This document shows positions 61,244-64,000 of a stretch of 64,000 bases of DNA, one piece after another. Position 1 is the stretch's first letter; every line of letters starts with the position of its first letter. Under the pieces are notes generated by a model, which did not search any database, was not told the origin of the DNA, and saw nothing but the letters and a program-made list of their open reading frames with translations. This DNA comes from Setoptus koraiensis (Eukaryota > Animalia > Arthropoda), in the NCBI GenBank assembly GCA_048013815.1, contig CM106586.1, forward strand, positions 3,658,001 through 3,722,000, in the 5' to 3' direction. The position numbers and the translations under genes are program-made.

Positions 61244-62127
61244 GATTGGTAGGCTGAAAATTAAACCGAGATTGTAGAGGCTAGATTTGATATGTTGGAC
61301 AATGTGCTCAGGCCTCAAGCTTACACAGGGCGGCTCAAATGTACACAGTGTTTGTAAACCTCTGTAACATACAACCCTGTGATAACACGATATATTGAAT
61401 CTACAATAGCTTTACTCATTATATTTGTCCAATAACAAGCCTATCGGCGATATCGTTGATGTGCATGCGAACTTTATCATCTGGAATTGCACAATTTGTA
61501 TTTAAACTGTCTCTGTTCTACTTGTGTGCTTACACCTGTGCACTCGATAGATGCATAAAATTTAGTTCAGACATCGTGTGTAGAGGGAGCTTGTGAATGA
61601 CAGCAATCAAGTACCGGTAAATATCATTTCGAAAAGCGACATCTGCAATAGAAATTTTGAAATAGACGTGTTTCTGTATTTCAGTGCAGTGCCCAAACTC
61701 ATGCTACCACCCTATATTTGTGATCTGTTTGTGTGTGATTGTGTGCATAACTTCATGCATGCATTATATAGGGTGCAGCAATCAAATCATACAAATCCTA
61801 CAGTTTATTCTGCAAGGCTTCCACAGGGCATTTGGTGAAATGAGCATATAACGCTACGCAGGCACAGATCGTGCGTCATCATTCACTATAACGAATATAC
61901 TGTAGTAAAATCAAGGCACACAAAAACCGTATGATAGGAGGCACACATAGATTTGATGAACTTTCTGTGCTTATGTGCAGCACACTATGTTTTTTAAGCG
62001 AGTTGCTTGATCTTAGCAACCTATATATAGTTTCTGTATCGAACATTCACAGTAAACAACGTCAACAAATGATTATCATGAAGGGCCACAATAAGAACTT
62101 TGCAAGGAAAAATCATTTGGATCAACA

Positions 62128-64000
62128 ATGAAATATAATAAGAGATCACCATCACCACCAGGATGCAAAACTAATCGTTCTGATAAATATTCGATGAAAG
62201 ATGTTACAGGAAATATTCAGTCTGATGCTACAAATACAACCATCGATGGACCCCCACAGGAATCAACAAAATCATCTAAGATGCCACCAGACCTATCCGA
62301 TAATATAATCTCCAATACCCGCTCTTTTGATAGCAATAATAATAACAATAATAATAATAATAATAATAACACTAATCATAGCAGTAGCAAGAAACGTAAC
62401 ACAGCCAGTTTAAGTACCTCATTAAGGAGACTATTTTCCATCACATTTAGAAGAGACAGGCAGCCTCATTTGAACACCAAAGATTATCAGCACAACTCGG
62501 CAACCAAGTCTAGACTGTCAAACAAAAATCCGAATACAGCTAAAGAATCAACTGCGGATGGTGATACTCAGTATGACCAGAGTGTTAGATCTAATAGCAC
62601 TTTGTGCATATATAGCAATATAGCAACAACGAGCTCCTCTTCAAGTGCTTCACTGGATACAACAAACCAAAACTCCATCAAGAAAATCATTGAATGTCCA
62701 CTATGCGTCCTCCAAGTGTCAGATAGATCCGCACCTTACCTAGCAAGCTGTCGTCACAGAGTTTGTCTTGAGTGTATGCAACGTTATATCAAAAACGAAA
62801 TCAATCATAGCAGGTTAAACATAACGTGCCCGGTATGCTCCGAATCTATTCATCCTAATTCAATCAAAACCATTCTTAATGATGAAAAATATTATCTTAA
62901 GTATGAAAGTTTTATGCTCAGGAGAGTTTTGGCCGCGGAGCCTGATGCGAGATGGTGCCCTGCACCAGATTGTGGATATGTTGTGATTGCAAGTGGTAGG
63001 TTTCCTAGTAGCTCTTTTATTTACAATTGTAATCCAACAGTCATACTAACTACCTATTATTCTACCAATAACTATAACAGGTTGCGCCAGTTGTCCAAAG
63101 ATTGTTTGTGGCAAGGATGGTTGTGATACATCATTCTGTTATCATTGCAAGCAAGAATGGCATGCCAATCAGACTTGTAACGCTGCTAGAATTCAAAGGA
63201 ATATGAAAATCAACTACAGTGATCCAGAGTCTTCTACAAAGATCGAGAAACTATCACAGAATAATCGAGCTAGTCAACAAGCACCTATTAGAACCGACGA
63301 TATCAAAGAATGTCCAGTTTGCACTAGTAGCATCATCAAGATGAATGATGGATCATGCAACCATATGACATGTAGCATATGCGAAACTGAGTTCTGTTGG
63401 CTATGCATGAAAGAAATAACTGACCTACATTATTTCAGTCCGTCTGGTTGCACATTTTGGGGCAAAAAACCTTGGAGTCGTAAGAAGAAAATATTGTGGC
63501 AGCTAGGGCTGTTAGCAGGTGCTCCAATTTGTATAGTTCTAATGGCTGGTATAGCTGTCCCAGCCATAATCATCGGTATCCCAGTATGGTACGTAGCACT
63601 GCTAGAAAATCTTCCAAGTGCGCTCAACCTTTTTATTCGTTTTACTGACCCAACTTCTAATCACTTGAATGTAACTTGAATTCTTTTTCAGGGCCGGAAG
63701 AAAATTGTATAGTAGACTGGCTAGAGAACCAATGAGCAAGCGTAGGAAGCATGCTATAATTGTTGGTGGAGTTTTATTATCTATGGTAGTCTCTCCTCTT
63801 ATATCCGCTGTAGCCCTTTTCTTTGGAGTGCCAATTCTATTAGGATACGTCTATGGTGTTGTACCCGTTTCGCTCTGTCGCTCGGGTGGATGTGGATTAT
63901 CATACACTGAAAGTATAGAAAACTTTCAACATGAGCTGCAAAATCCAGTCCAAAAACAATCTAACAAGGGTAAATATAATATTGATATCAATACACTCCA
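62128..64000 (+). CDS. RNF19: RBR E3 ubiquitin ligase RNF19 (Dorfin-like), 3'-truncated by the window end
   Basis: Exons 62128-62995, 63081-63588, 63692->64000 (phases 1 and 2). RING1 CPLC...CRHRVCLEC...CPVC; [19 protein letters not shown]|CASCPK...[10 protein letters not shown]; RING2 IKECPVC...DGSCNHMTC...FCWLC; [21 protein letters not shown]; [18 protein letters not shown]. Confidence 0.94.

Overview
Eukaryotic (not prokaryotic) genomic DNA from a compact-genome arthropod. A mite is likely, with features reminiscent of eriophyoid mites; this is inferred from the gene set, intron poverty and cuticle-type protein, and the species is not verifiable here. The window has two regimes. (1) About 1-30.5 kb is GC-richer and full of short tandem repeats. 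It holds one recognisable gene, a highly divergent latrophilin/Cirl-like adhesion GPCR (7 coding exons found, 5012-23362, 5' end probably incomplete). (2) About 30.5-64 kb is AT-richer, with a minimal CLASP, a cuticle-like protein, and a tight head-to-head housekeeping cluster: SCO1, PCNA, NOP2, mRpL22, a secreted Ser-rich orphan, SLC30A9/ZnT9, eIF3b, PKA-R1, par-6, a TMEM126-like gene and RNF19 (runs off the end). The main observation is a duplicated, inverted bidirectional 'promoter plus two N-terminal stubs' cassette derived from an eIF3b/mRpL22 head-to-head pair (47650-48562 vs 52371-53163). It has given NOP2 an eIF3b-derived N-terminus and SLC30A9 an mRpL22-derived mitochondrial presequence plus part of the L22 fold. 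An older copy of the mRpL22 start heads SCO1, so three mitochondrial genes share one presequence ancestor. One inversion between the two copies explains the present gene order. All alignments and counts were done by eye; no database searches were run.
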